Origin: Perkinsus chesapeaki ATCC PRA-425 | Lineage: Eukaryota > Protista > Perkinsozoa | Direction: 5' to 3' | Assembly (NCBI GenBank): GCA_013115145.1 | Contig: JAAPAO010000244.1 | Location: forward strand, 1 to 47,972 | DNA: 47,972 nucleotides | Part shown: one piece after another, positions 33,665 to 46,608 of the stretch | Layout: each line of letters starts with the position of its first letter | Position numbering within the stretch: the stretch's first letter is position 1 | Program-made: the position numbers and the translations under genes | Notes under the pieces: model-generated | What the model was told of the DNA's origin: nothing | Seen by the model: the letters and a program-made list of their open reading frames with translations, nothing else | Database searches by the model: none

Positions 33665-36600
33665 TTACTCTTCAACCTTTGTATTACTTTCCTGCACTTC
33701 AACCTTTCCCCACAAGTCCGCCAACTGCCTGTGAGTTTCCGTAGTCCTCTTAACAAACTCCTTGGCCACTTCATTATAAACAATCGTTTTGCTCTCCATG
33801 AACTTCTTCATCTCAATCATAGTAGCATTGTATCCACTGCGCCAGTAATAAGCCTCGACCATATCCCTTTGGTCGTAGAGCTTCTGTAAAGAATCGCTGG
33901 CCGTCCCCGCCGCGCCAGAGGCAGGCGCTGATGAGTCCTTTTTAAAAGTGCCCTCAACGGTCTTAACTGGATGCTTCAACATGCTCGTCATACCGCTCTT
34001 TTTGCTACTTCCCCCCGTCTTCTGGCGAATCTTATCATTCAACTTATCTTTCATTTCTCCAAGCTCAACAACCTTATCGATGGATTCCATCATAGCCGAG
34101 CAGTCCGTAACTTCCCTCTGTATCACCGAAGCAAGCAGCTCCAAATGGAAAGCTTGCGCCGGTGCCGATAAGATATTTTTCTGCTCATAAAAAGCATCCG
34201 CCAAATTGACTCTGACAATATCCTTCTGGTGCTCAGCCTCACACAAAGCGTGTCCTGCGCCCTGCGTAGCTATAGTATTGATATCTTGCAATTTATAATG
34301 ACATTGCCCCAACGCCAATGTTGCCTTATTAAAGCTCTCCGCAGAAGTACTCAACTGCGCTAATAACTTTTTCAATGCCGATTTATGATCGCCAAGATAG
34401 GTCTTTGCAGTAGTCACCAAAGGCCTAATGTCGACCTGACTACCACTAGTCTCCGCTGCCTGCTGCTCTTCGCCATTGTCACCTTCTTTAGGACTCCTAA
34501 AATCCAAGATATTCTCCCATCTTTAATATAGTACATAAGTACCTTTACAAGTCCACACACTTTATATATTCATCACATTGGTCTTAGGGTGGTATCACAC
34601 TATAAATTAGAAAATAGTGAATGGCATGAATATAAAAATATAAACTATATTTATTATTTATTATATCATTACTATATTTATTATAGTTTATATTTATAAA
34701 CTATATGAAAATATTTAGAAAAATAACGATATTTACAAGATATATAGAAACAAGAAACATTTTAAACAGATTCAAACCCATCTCAACACACTAAGTTAAT
34801 TTTCGGCATCCAAGACATTTTCAAAAACATCGATAGAAGCATCTCTATTACTCATTCTCCTTAGTACTGCTACCCTCCTCGGTAGTAGTTACATCCGCAC
34901 TGCCTGCTCGCTGGGCACTTGCCTGGTATCTATTAATCAACACTAACTTTAACGACAATACAATCGATATTACTCCGGGACCTCTCTATCATAAATCGCT
35001 CTATTGAAGTCCTCAATCATGCTTTCCATAGACTTATTCGCGAAATCCTAATATATATATTATTACTATTGTTATTTTATCTCCTTACCTTTTTGGCCAT
35101 CTCGTAGGTGTTCTCCTGTGTCGCTAGGAACGTTGCCATTATAGGAGAGTTCCGCAACCATGGACGAGCACAGCACCTAATAAGGGGGCATATCGCACTA
35201 CTCGGACAAGTGAGTACAGACAACAATCACAATACGGATAACAATCATCAATACAGTAATCATGATTCGAGCGAATCTAATGGCCGTTTTAGAACACGAC
35301 GAAAGAACCAACTAACAGTAAAGTAATCAAAGTCCACCGAATGTAGACATACTTGGAATGAGTTCACAGAAAAGTGGTAATAACTTACCACATTTATCCG
35401 ATCCTAGGAAGCTGAACGTTATTTAATTACATAGATACAGTAAGGTCTATAATTTATTAGGTAAAAATAAAAAAATTATATTTTGTATCATTTTTGTATT
35501 TTTTGTAAGGCAATAAAAATACTAAACACCAATAATCTGCTCACCAGATGTGAGCAGCATTACAATGTAAGTATATTGAGGTATTATAACGTGTGTATAT
35601 TTCATAACGATCAAAATCTTTAGAAGGCTTTAATTGATAAGTCTAGGGGAGTACACCAACAACACTATAGCTTTCAATACAAAATTAACTTCATTTAATC
35701 TTTCCAGAGACCCCCGATGCAGGTCTAGCATTACCTGGTTAAGAACTCCTCCAACGATTGCCTTCTGGCTTCAACTACACGATCTGTTGGCTTAATTTGA
35801 TTCATCACTGCTGTTGTTGGTTGCTTTAACAACACATGAAATTGGCTTTTACTAGCCAGGGGAGGTACAAATATACCAGGAAATGAGCGGACCTAAAAAC
35901 TATAATAAACTATACATACTTCATATAGTTCCGTAGAACTGCCCGAGATAATATATAATGTGATTGTTAAGCTTGTCGTCTAAGTTCCACTCGACATAGC
36001 TTGACGCTTAACAATAGTAATAAAATTGATTTAAATAAGCTGGCGAGCTGCACGAGAAGGACCACTGTTGGCGTAGCATCCGCGACTAATCTCCGAGCCG
36101 TTCCATGGTGGTGAGAGCGTTATGCTATATTATAAATATATCACTATAATTTTTTACTAGGCAACACTTCTCTCAAGCCTCCCAGTTCTTATGTCGGTAT
36201 AGCTCTACAGTAATTTATACAATGTATTATCCATAGACAATATAGCCCCCAACAAATTTATAAAAGCAGCAAGTAAGCAATATTTAATCAGCAGTGTATT
36301 ATTACCAGTTCTTCCCTGAGAACTGTGAAGTCCGTATATCTCTTCCTGGTGTTGCTACTAACACCCGACGCTCCAGTGACCTAATCAAACCAAGCTCTAC
36401 CATAGTAAAATATAGATATCCTACCGAGACTGCGTATGTTGTTATCTTATGAATACCAGCCGGCCCAGCGCGCTTGGTCTGGGGATCTGTCACGCTTACT
36501 GTGACGCCTTGGTCCTCACTGAATAGGACATCATTATAATAACCGACTTCACTTATTACATTGACATTGATCCCGATCTGAAGAGCTTATTAAACTCTTG

Positions 36601-37224
36601 GGGAGATACCGTAACTGAATTAAGTCAAGTCGACCACGAGGACGGGAGAGCTGCGTGGAAGATGTAATTGAATTGAAACTATTATCATATTATTATACAG
36701 TATTAAATATTGATATTTATGGAACTATTTAAGCCATTATCTATCTAATAGGTTATAATAGTAAGTATGATTATAAATCCTAGATTAATTTGGATTTTCC
36801 CAAACATGGTTTGAAAGTTCTAATCAATACAAATGACAATAGAAACCTGCAACCATTTGCTCGCACCAAAGACTCGCTACTGCTCTATTTCTCCAAATAC
36901 TATGAACCTCACAGACCTCGACATGATATTAACTTATGATGAAATTGTGTTTAAGATTTTTCCACGATGCGCTAATAAAAGGGGAAGAGATGCACAACAT
37001 GCATCTTTTCCTGTATGACTCTCGATAGACCAGAAATAATTTTGAGACAAGAGACAGCAGGATTTACCTTCAAATTGCTGCTCTATATTGGCAGCTTGCT
37101 CTTCCTCATTCCTTCTAGTGGCATCATCATCATCATATTCTCCATCATCGAATGAGCCATTAACAGGTAGAGTTGGACTGCCACTGCCGCCGGCGGCGGT
37201 TGTTGTCTTATCTTTAGTGCTCAT
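33665..37224 (-). CDS. PX-BAR sorting nexin (Vps5/SNX1-2-like), multi-exon
   Basis: PX motifs on separate exons: ITTYAVS, RKRYTDFTVLREEL, FPGIFVPPLASK, RRQSLEEFLTR; 280-aa helical BAR-like last exon ending ...HRQLADLWGKV... Confidence 0.85.
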
Positions 37225-37549
37225 ATTTAAAATATATAACAATCTAAACCTGATGGAAGATAAATACAGTACGATCTAAGTCATCGTAACATTCTGACAG
37301 TTATATAAACTGTTGAAACATAAACTAATATCACAATCATCGCCAGACTCTATCCCGCATAGCAAAGACTATATGATACTAAACCCTACAGGTGGAATGT
37401 TCACCATAAACCTTCCATGAGACTAGCCCAGCCAACCATCCAATGCTCCATCACACAACACCTTTGCTCCTAGCAATCATGGCGAGAACTGAAACTGGTC
37501 AAAGTGGTAGAATAAATACAACAACAACAACAACTGAATAATATTACGT

Positions 37550-40500
37550 TTATACATATCTTATAGATCTGCCAATCATAGCCTGCTCCCCCGGTGCTGG
37601 AGAACTCACTCCAAACCCTTCCCCAGGGACACTTGATGGTGGTGGCGCGAATGGAGCACTAGGTATCGGTCTTATATCATCATCGCTACTAGAGACCAGC
37701 TGAGGTGTGCCTGTAACTGTGGTGGTGACATCCGACTCGACAAAAAGTGGGAGGCCCCTGTCCATAGGGGTACTTTGATTGGGGCAATCCTCTCTCAATA
37801 GCTCATAGACCTTGTTTTTAAATCTAGGCTGGAAGACGTTATTGTCATATTCGATGGCAATACAGAAGAATACGGTATCAATACTAGACATGACGATCTC
37901 AGCAATGAAGTTGAATAAGCAGTAACACAACGACCCAATAAACAAAGCGCAGGTGACAGAATTTAAGCCTTGGAGTAGATCAACTTGCCAAGTCTCCGAA
38001 CACATTCCATCGGATCCACAGACCCACGTTTGAAAGTACTGGGCCAACCAAGCTAATAATGTTATCGTTAACACAGGGGTAGATATCAACATAGCATATA
38101 ACAGTAAGACAGGTATTAAGAAATACCAAGGCATCACAGTTAAGCTCTGAGAATCTTGCGCGGAGTCAAGCCAAGCCCAAGATGCTATACCGAGTCCTAA
38201 TGAAAATATGTAAGTACTCATAGTCACCTAACGAACAAAATAAACCAGTAAAGTACAAAACAATTCCTACCACATTTCCGCCAATAGAGTCGGTAATAAA
38301 GGCATCTCCCAGACGGTCCTTAACAACACTGAATGATCTCTTGGCTGATCCGCAGAATGCCTCCCCACAAAAGGTCTGAAAGAGCATCAAGTCAAGCTCG
38401 TATTGCTCAACATACACCGCAGGAGTACCATTTTCAAGTCGACATAAACGCTTTGCCGAAAAATTATTATGAAATGAAATAATTTTCTCTACTTTATTAT
38501 TATCTCAAGTATTATATTCCTCAACGATAAAATGATAATAATGCATTACGCGAGACGGTTGCAAGTACCGAATCAAATCGATTTTGTCGAATCACGTTCG
38601 CCTAAAATATCACTTCGATAAACTGCTATGAATATATCCCCAATATATACTATAGTTTGTCACCAATCGAGCCAGCTATCACTAATATTATTAAGTCCCA
38701 TATCAACTTCTCTACTACTAGTAGGTATTACCTGACCTATTAACATGAACTTTGAAAACATTTCCAGCACGCCCAATATGCAACCAGCAATACATCTCCA
38801 AAGGCAAGCAAGGGGGGATAGGCATATGGGTAACCAATTCATAGTGTCACTGATACGATTGACAATATAACGTACAATACCGACAAATAAGGAAGCAAAC
38901 CTAACAAGAAGGATAACAATAGCCAACTGCCCCATTAAGAATCAATACATAAAATCTGCATAATAATTATCAACTTTATCAAATTAACCCTGATGAAATT
39001 CATGGCTCTATATACTTCAGAGATCACCGAATGCTATCTACCGGAAGGAAGCGGCTTAAATTTCCCCAAGACTCGTCCATGTATAATATTTCCTACATTG
39101 CCCAATTGGTTGTTCGATGTTCGTTGTAGCCTCATACTTGCTTTTATAACCTACTATTTAATAGCTTCCTCTATTCGCAGACTTTCATCGAACTCGCATG
39201 GCATTTCACTAACCCAGTGCCTATAGACGTATTGGATCGCCGTCGGCAAGGAAACCGAGTTCCGAGGCGATTTGTCGGAATTCTAGTCGACTTTAGCATC
39301 TCCATGCAACCAAAAGCGTATTTCCTATAGTAATTTGGTGAAGATATTCGACAGCTCAACTAAAAGATTCCCTATCGCTGTATTCACCGGCGGCGGCCTT
39401 CTGCAAATACGCTGCCAAATGTAAGGAAACGACATGAATCTTCCAAATTCCATAATCTATATTTTGCCTTTCTAGATTATCCAACTAAGTCCAATAGATA
39501 AACTCGCATTTAGATGACGATTCGACGTCCTAATAACATCCGCCCAAATAATATTACATTATCGCCCCCGAACTTGACGTCAGTGCCCATCGGAGCCCCT
39601 TAAGAGCTGGTATTATAGGGGCATTGGGATCCGGAAAATACCATGCCCCGATACCAGCAGCACACACAACTGTTTTAATATTGAGGAATACATAGGTAAA
39701 GATAAAGAACATAGGACCGTAAATCCAACGGGAGACTACTATCCATTCTGGCTCTACCAGATGACACGTATTGGGGTCAACCTAATAATAAGCTAATAAC
39801 AGCAGCAGCACTCGAAATGATATTACCTCTTTTACGTTGAATGAAGCTATTATGAATGTTATCCACAAGGCAATATAACCAATATAAAGAGCCTCTACCA
39901 AAATAGATACCCCTATCACTGTAGGGCTGCATCTCAACCCTTCGGATGCTATAGAGATAACATCTGCCGATCTATTAATAGATCGCCAACACAATGCCAT
40001 GAAAATGAGCTCTATTCCAGCTCCTACTAGTAGCATCCAATTGTTAACTTCATATTCAACGAACCTGGGACATTACTCCGATTTTACGAAGGAAGTGTGG
40101 TAGTATTATTACCAGAAAGCCCAAAAGCCGACCAGTAGAACAACACCCAGAAATAGGGTGCCCCATATTATAGGTTTAACTAGTAGTTGAAGGGCATAGA
40201 GCCATGCTACGGCAAGGATAACTACACCAAGACAAATAACAGTAGGGACATACCAATACTTTCCCAACAAAGGCCAAAATGAAGGAAGTACCTATGATGG
40301 AGATGACATAGAGTAGCTTGAGGACACGTACCTCTTCATCCGGTACGGGCTTTAAGTTTCTGTTCAGGAGCCCATGATGCTTTGGCTTTTTAGGAAGGCT
40401 ATCAATACATTGGGTTAGCTGGTTGCACAGATCATCTTCAACACAGGCATAATTGTCCCTAATAATATGTTATTAAACGGTTACTGTTAAGAATGCTACC

Positions 40501-40950
40501 ATGAAGGTAGAGCTTGGCATTGTGTGGGTGCGTAGAGGTAATCATGTGGACAGATATCAGTGACGCCATTCTGACAAGAAACGGAATCGACTTTATTGAA
40601 AAGCTATTAAACGACGATGAAAGGATCGATCAGAACGATACGAGCGAGCGGTTGAAAATGTTAAAGAATATCATAATTCATTTTACGTGCTCACCTCAGG
40701 TGTGGATACATTATAATTAGTAGAGCCAAGTATAATAAATCCAGTAATAAGTTGCCATAACAAGCAGCCCCAGAATATTGCTATACACACCCAGTCGACA
40801 GGGCCAAGTCTCGACCTGATAAACTCAATCAGTTGTGTAGTCCAATTGGATACAATGTTACCTTCCAGACCATTTGATACCGGGTTCGAATCCATGTAGA
40901 GGGGGAGCTTGTCTATCTATAGTAATAGGTACCCCTTTTTTATAATCCAT
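37550..40950 (-). CDS. Choline transporter-like protein (CTL/SLC44/PNS1 family), multi-exon
   Basis: ATG at 40950; exons GIGAWYF..WALTSSSGAI-MFASLFV, LEMFSKFMLI, AFCGSAKRSF, SSIDTVFFCIAIE are family-typical. Confidence 0.88.
38990..39490 (-). mobile_element. Decayed gag-like ORF relic within the 657-nt CTL intron (38901-39557)
   Basis: One frame reads DYGIWKIHVVSLHLAAYLQK...LLVAWRC*SRLEFRQIASELGFL with many stops; flanking exons splice in frame around it. Confidence 0.4.
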
Positions 40951-41028
40951 AGGCCATATAATAATACCTGTCTCTAGTAAAGAGCGATCATATCCAACGT
41001 GCACTGAGAAAACGCAAGAAAGCGCAAG

Positions 41029-42459
41029 ATGGCAAGAGATCGCTTTTTGTGCCACATTGTTGTTCTTCCGTCGGTTTATAACAATGTTTACTACTTTGTT
41101 GTTATTACTAACGGCTGTTTTAAAGGCAGTCATCTCCGAAGTCCACCGTGTTCAAGCGATTGAACTTGAAGCTGATGAGTATAAGACCGTTAGGCCTTCC
41201 GGTAATGTTATCTGGCCGGAGCATCCACAAATGCGCAATTTACAGTAGACGTGCAGGAAGGAGAAGGCGGGCAGATGACAAAGCTGATGGCAGTCGTTAA
41301 TGGGAAGGACCTCGATATGATACGCTATGAACCATTATGTTGGCGACAAAATATTCCTAAAGTGAGGTGTTGTTATTTTTGTGGCAAGCGCCAGTACTAT
41401 CTTTATGAAAGGCATATTCAAGCTACTAGGGATACCTAGCTTACGTAAGGCTGGCTCACAGTTCTCTTTATGTGTAGACAATGATGGTTCGAAGTTCGTT
41501 GGCATCCGGGAAGGAAATGATAGATATATAGTACCAAGATCATTTGCTGTGGAAGGCTCAAAACCTGGCAAGAGATCGATAAACGGGGGCGACAAATCCA
41601 AACCAGTAAAGAAAAAGATCCGTCTATCGAACACTGCCGATGATGACTTACCTCGCTTAAGTGCCGATGATATTATCGCCAAACTTGGAGAGGATCCGCT
41701 TCTTGGTAAAGATGCCATTTTCCGAGCTCTGAATGAGTATACCGATAGTCATGAGTAACAGTTAGATTGGCGTAATAATACATGTAATGTGTGATGCTGT
41801 TGTTGTCATTCTATAAATGTTATGCGTTCAGTTAGAGGTGTGCGGGCGACATGCTTACAACGCCAGGAAATGGGTTGAGGTATGATCTTATAGGTTTGGA
41901 GATAGTCTTGATGTTGATTGCTCATAATAAACTCAAACAACAACAGCAGCAACAGTATAAAGTGTTATGCAGCCGATTAATAACAACTGTTCGAGGACAG
42001 CAACGATTCGATGAATCCTTTGACGAGGTTCAAGCTCAACATCCAGGCAAGGTCGAAGATACTTTAGGTGGTGACGCGAGTGGTGACAGGTCCCGATATG
42101 GATGCGGCTCCGTTACTGAGGAACTCTGCCTCGATCGTACGGGAAGATTCGGGAAGGAAACTGAAGAGACTAGAGCATTTTGAAAGGTTATAAATAAAGG
42201 AAAATGGTTAAGTATGTCGATTTAGGGGGGACACTGCGACGGCGATATTGAAAAAGACCAAATATCAAGTAGGGAGGAGTGTTGAGACTTATGATGAGAA
42301 GGAGAGGGCCGGGGTACAGAGGGCTATAGAGGCGGAGAAGAGGAAGAACAGGTAATAGGGAAGGAGACACGCTTTGTGTTAAGACTAACCGAGAGACACT
42401 CAAGACAAGACAAATCCAACCATGAAAAGGGTTGGGTCCTGAACCACGTTGGTGACTAA
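41029..42459 (+). CDS. Multi-exon hypothetical protein, possible UBA-like helical segment near C-terminus
   Basis: ATG 41029; exons VHRVQAIELEADEY, LRKAGSQFSLCVD, GDTATAILKKTKYQVGRSVETY; TAA at 42457-42459. Confidence 0.55.
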
Positions 42460-42899
42460 TAAATAGCAAGATTCTACAGGGTGCGTAAAATAAAAAGATT
42501 CTTATAACTTCTCATTACTAGTTTGATAATGTAACATAGATCAGTTTATAATCTCAATAGAAGCTATTATATTTAAACTGATTTTCTCCTATTCACACCA
42601 ACATTAAAAATGCCGACAAATTCACAAGAGTCCTCGTTTGAAGTGGCCATCTAGTAACAAAGGCACCTTCATTTCAGCTGCCCTACAGTAAGTATCAGAA
42701 AATAGGTCCCCGATTATGTCTCCTAGATATGTCCCATGCCAGCTTTTCTTTAATCTAGGACATTTTATTTCAATCACCTTTTTGTTAGATATTGTTAGGT
42801 ATGCTGTGAGCCGGGAAAGGATGTTCGATAATCGAATGTATATATATGACGATGATGCTATATCAATGGCAAAGAATACAATCGACAAAGTGTAATAAT

Positions 42900-45800
42900 A
42901 TTAACAAGTATCTTATCATCACAATAATTAGAGTTGAGAACGAACGACTTAGAAAAGTTCGATTGAAATTGAAGGAACAGGAAGCAAGTGCAGCGGTGGC
43001 AGCTCCTATTGGTGAAGATATTCCCGAAAAAGAGGAGCAGGAGATGGGTAATGGGGACAAGGAGAACACAAAAGCTATCAAGGTAATAAGCAGGGATCTA
43101 GTTTATGTTCCTTCGCACAAGAAAGATATCTTGCTTCTTCGCACTGGAAAGATATCTTGCTTCTTCGCACTGGAAAGATATCTTGCTTCTTCGCACTGGA
43201 AAGATATCTTGCTTCTTCGGNNNNNNNNNNNNNNNNNNNNNNNNNNNNNNNNNNNNNNNNNNNNNNNNNNNNNNNNNNNNNNNNNNNNNNNNNNNNNNNN
43301 NNNNNNNNNNNNNNNNNNNCACTGGGAAGATATCTTGCTTCTTCGCACTGGGAAGATATCTTGCTTCTTCGCACTGGGAAGATATCTTGCTCCTTCGCAC
43401 TGGGAAGATTTTGTATCCACATCGACAAAACATTGGTGACAACCTATCCTCAACTCATACCAACTTTTGTCAGGAAGATACTCCGGTTAAAAGCGAGGAC
43501 TCGACAAAAGCCAAATCTGACTCATCACAGCAGCAGCAAGAATTGCATAGCGGGCTCCAAGATGACCTTCATACCGCTCCCGCCCGTTTCACGTTTGAAT
43601 TTCGGAAGGCGACCTTCCCAGAGAGAGGCACACGTGGTAGTGTATCGGCATCGATCGAACCCCCTCGACAAGCAGAGTCCAATGAGATTGTTAATCGATT
43701 ACATAAATTGGCGAGTGACGCTACTCATCCTTTGCCATTGGAGCTGCTCAACTCATTACCGATATCATCGCTATCATCTTCTGATCTATCTAGGGTCTTT
43801 TGGTGCGTCGTGAAAACAAATACAAGTCCGCTATGGAAGAAAGGATTTAATGATCTTATTAATGCACTTGATGGGGTAGTGGAGGACCTCTCTTCCAAAG
43901 ACGCTGGTCGGACTCTACTAGGAGCCAGTCAACTGAGGCTACCTATCGGGCCATTGGATACCAACCCTTTAGTTGCCCTCATTGGTGCCTTGCTCTGTCG
44001 AGTAGCATTGGAAGAGTCTATTGGTCATCGTGAGGCATTGACAGGCTCCTCGGCGTGTGTGGCATTATGTGCCGTCAGTAAGCTTATCGCTACTACTTCT
44101 GACCGACCACCATCAACTTGGTTGGACTTGCATGAGACCGTAGAGTCTCTGGCGGGTAGACTCACTGGTGATGGTATACCCTTTCTTAATAGTAAAGAGA
44201 TATGTGTTGCATTATCATCGATGGCGACATCTGGTGTCCTGCATAGGGTGGCAACAGCGACCATGCTGGACCAGCTACTCAGTGATATAAGAGCTCTTCG
44301 ACCAACTCAACTAGTAGGGTTAATGTGGGCTTTATCGAAGATGAACATCACCATCAGTGGTAGTGTTATGATGGAGACCATCTGGCCGGCCATTGGTGAC
44401 TTGTCTAAATTATCATCCCGGGAAGTAGCTTCATTGTTGCACAGTCTTGGTAAATGTATTAAGGACCAGCAGGTTGCCGTAGACCTACGCAAGGAGCTTT
44501 CGAAGCATATAACAGCAACAGAACTCAATGGGAATGAGATATGCGCAGTTATAGAGGGGCTCGGAAAGAGCGAAGTTGATGGTGACCAAGTTGTCGAGGA
44601 GGTCTTGCAAAGACTTAGTGCTATTAAGCAAACACTGTCACCGAGCCAGATAGGTCGGTGCTTGGTTGCTATAAGGAAGCTGCCGAAGCCTTCTTATGAG
44701 GTCCATAGGGAGTTAATGGAGTTGGCTGAGGAACGATTGTACGCCTTCAAACCGCAGCAATATGTAACGCTGTTGAGTGATCGTAATTTAATCGATGTAA
44801 GTAGTATGAGTATCTTTAAGAAGGCCAAAGAGCACGCTTCAAGCTTGTCACTAGGTGATCTTTTGAAACTACTCAGTCTGTCTCCTGGTGACTCTCTGAT
44901 CGAGCGGACTATTGATGATAAGGTTACTGAAGATTACAGATTCAAGCGGCCTAATGGAGCCTCTCTAGCCTCCTCGTATCTCGAGACTTTTGGCCATAAT
45001 AAAGGCCATGTTATACGAAAACAAATACCAGCACTTGTGAAGATGTGCCGAACCTCCAATGAGTTGCATTGGCTTTTGTATGCCATAGGTGTACTTAGTA
45101 ACATAGATACCATGGACCATCTGCACACTCATCGAGGAGCACAGGCGATCGATGCTGTTGTGGTTGATCGTATTGGGGTTGATGAAGATCCTGTGGGCTT
45201 GCTAGAAGCTCTCAGCTTCGTGAAAATGGACCCTACTAGAAGTATATCAGCCTTGATGACTTCATTGAAGAGTGTCTGGGCTGATCTGGAGGCAGCTGAT
45301 CGAGAGAGGGCTCTGGCCGCAGCAGTCGACTTGGGCATCGACACTACTGTTATGTCGATAGAAATGCCGACAACCTTGGCTGGCGTATGGGCCAACATGG
45401 TTATCAAACCAGATGTCTGTGTTGCAAAGTCAGTCCTGAGTTCACTGACCAAGGAGCTGCCATCTCCTCAAGATCGGGACAGACTAGAACAGATATTAAT
45501 TAACACTGGTGGCGCTACTTCCAAAGAGAGAGCCTTCGAAAGTAGGGTTTTCATGGTGATGGCTGACAATCGCCGAAGTTCAGGTAACAAATACAGTCGT
45601 TGGATATCAGATGCATTGTCCTACCTAAGGATACCACATCAGCCAGATTCAGTCCACCTCAATGGCACTTGCGTAAAAGGTATTTCTGTCTCGATGATGA
45701 GAATGTTTATATCTTCAGAGTATCCTTGCAGCTCTACCAACATACGGTATAGGTCTACTATTAGACGACTCCACCTATCCAGGTGGTCGGCCAACTGGTC

Positions 45801-46253
45801 GAAGCTTGATACGAAGAAGGCAGCTAGTTAATCAAGAATCTCAACACAGTATGACGTATCTGCTGACTTTCCTCGTTTTCCTCGATCGAATGAAATCGCT
45901 GTTCCTATGCAGTTTACTATCTCTAATACTACACACTTAAATTCTATATATAGGCTCCCACTCAACTGTCTTACCTCGTTCGCATGTTTAAGGCCATCAC
46001 GCCCATCTGTACAGTTTGACACTGCATTTTGGTAGATACCATAAAACGGTTACTAGTAATACGGAGACTGGATCTAGTAAAGGCTCGACAGAAAAAGGAA
46101 TTAGTGCCTTTTACAGCTCGACTACTTAATGGCCTAATAGTAAGATACGATTATGAGTAGGTGTAATCTGGGTTTAGACCGACTCTACTTTACTGCAGCA
46201 ATACTCAGCAATCGGAGAGGGTCAACCGGAGGAGGTGAGGCAGCCTCGAATTA
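42900..46253 (+). CDS. Helical-repeat (HPR/FASTK-like) protein with C-terminal RAP-like domain; ends approximate
   Basis: Large exon from 43474 with repeats KEICVALSSMAT, PTQLVGLMWALSKM, SREVASLLHSLGK, GNEICAVIEGLGK, PSQIGRCLVAIRKL; downstream exon YGIGLLLDDSTYPGGRPTGRSLIRRRQL. Confidence 0.7.
43111..43409 (+). repeat. 26-bp intronic minisatellite GCACTGG(A/G)AAGATATCTTGCTTCTTC spanning an assembly gap
   Basis: 4 copies before and about 3.5 after the N run; lies in intron 43083-43473. Confidence 0.95.
43221..43319. other. Assembly gap (N run)
   Basis: Run of N bases inside the minisatellite. Confidence 1.
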
Positions 46254-46608
46254 ACTGTTGTTCATTTGTTTACAGGCATCATCGATGAATGATGATGATG
46301 ACGCTCCCATCCCCGTTGATTATGAAATCTGCAATACGTCCAATGACCATGTTTCTGACAAAACTTGTTTCTGATATTCGGTTTTTGTTGAGTAAAGTCA
46401 GTTGTATCATACAGAGCTCCTGTAACTGCGTGGTGAGGAGATCAATGGTAAATCTCTCTTAATTGTTGAGTAGATGACACGGTTTGGCTGAGTTGAAGTA
46501 GCACGTGATGGACACTATTTACTAACACTGCGAATCAGATTGAGGGGAACAAAGATATTATCGCGAATGGTAACAGGAGGACAGAATAAAGCGAATAAGA
46601 ATAGTAAC

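Noticed and set aside
43078-43453. Six overlapping ORFs in the ORF track; also a CRISPR-like appearance
   Set aside because: Artefacts of a stop-poor 26-bp tandem repeat and the N gap; units are head-to-tail with no spacers
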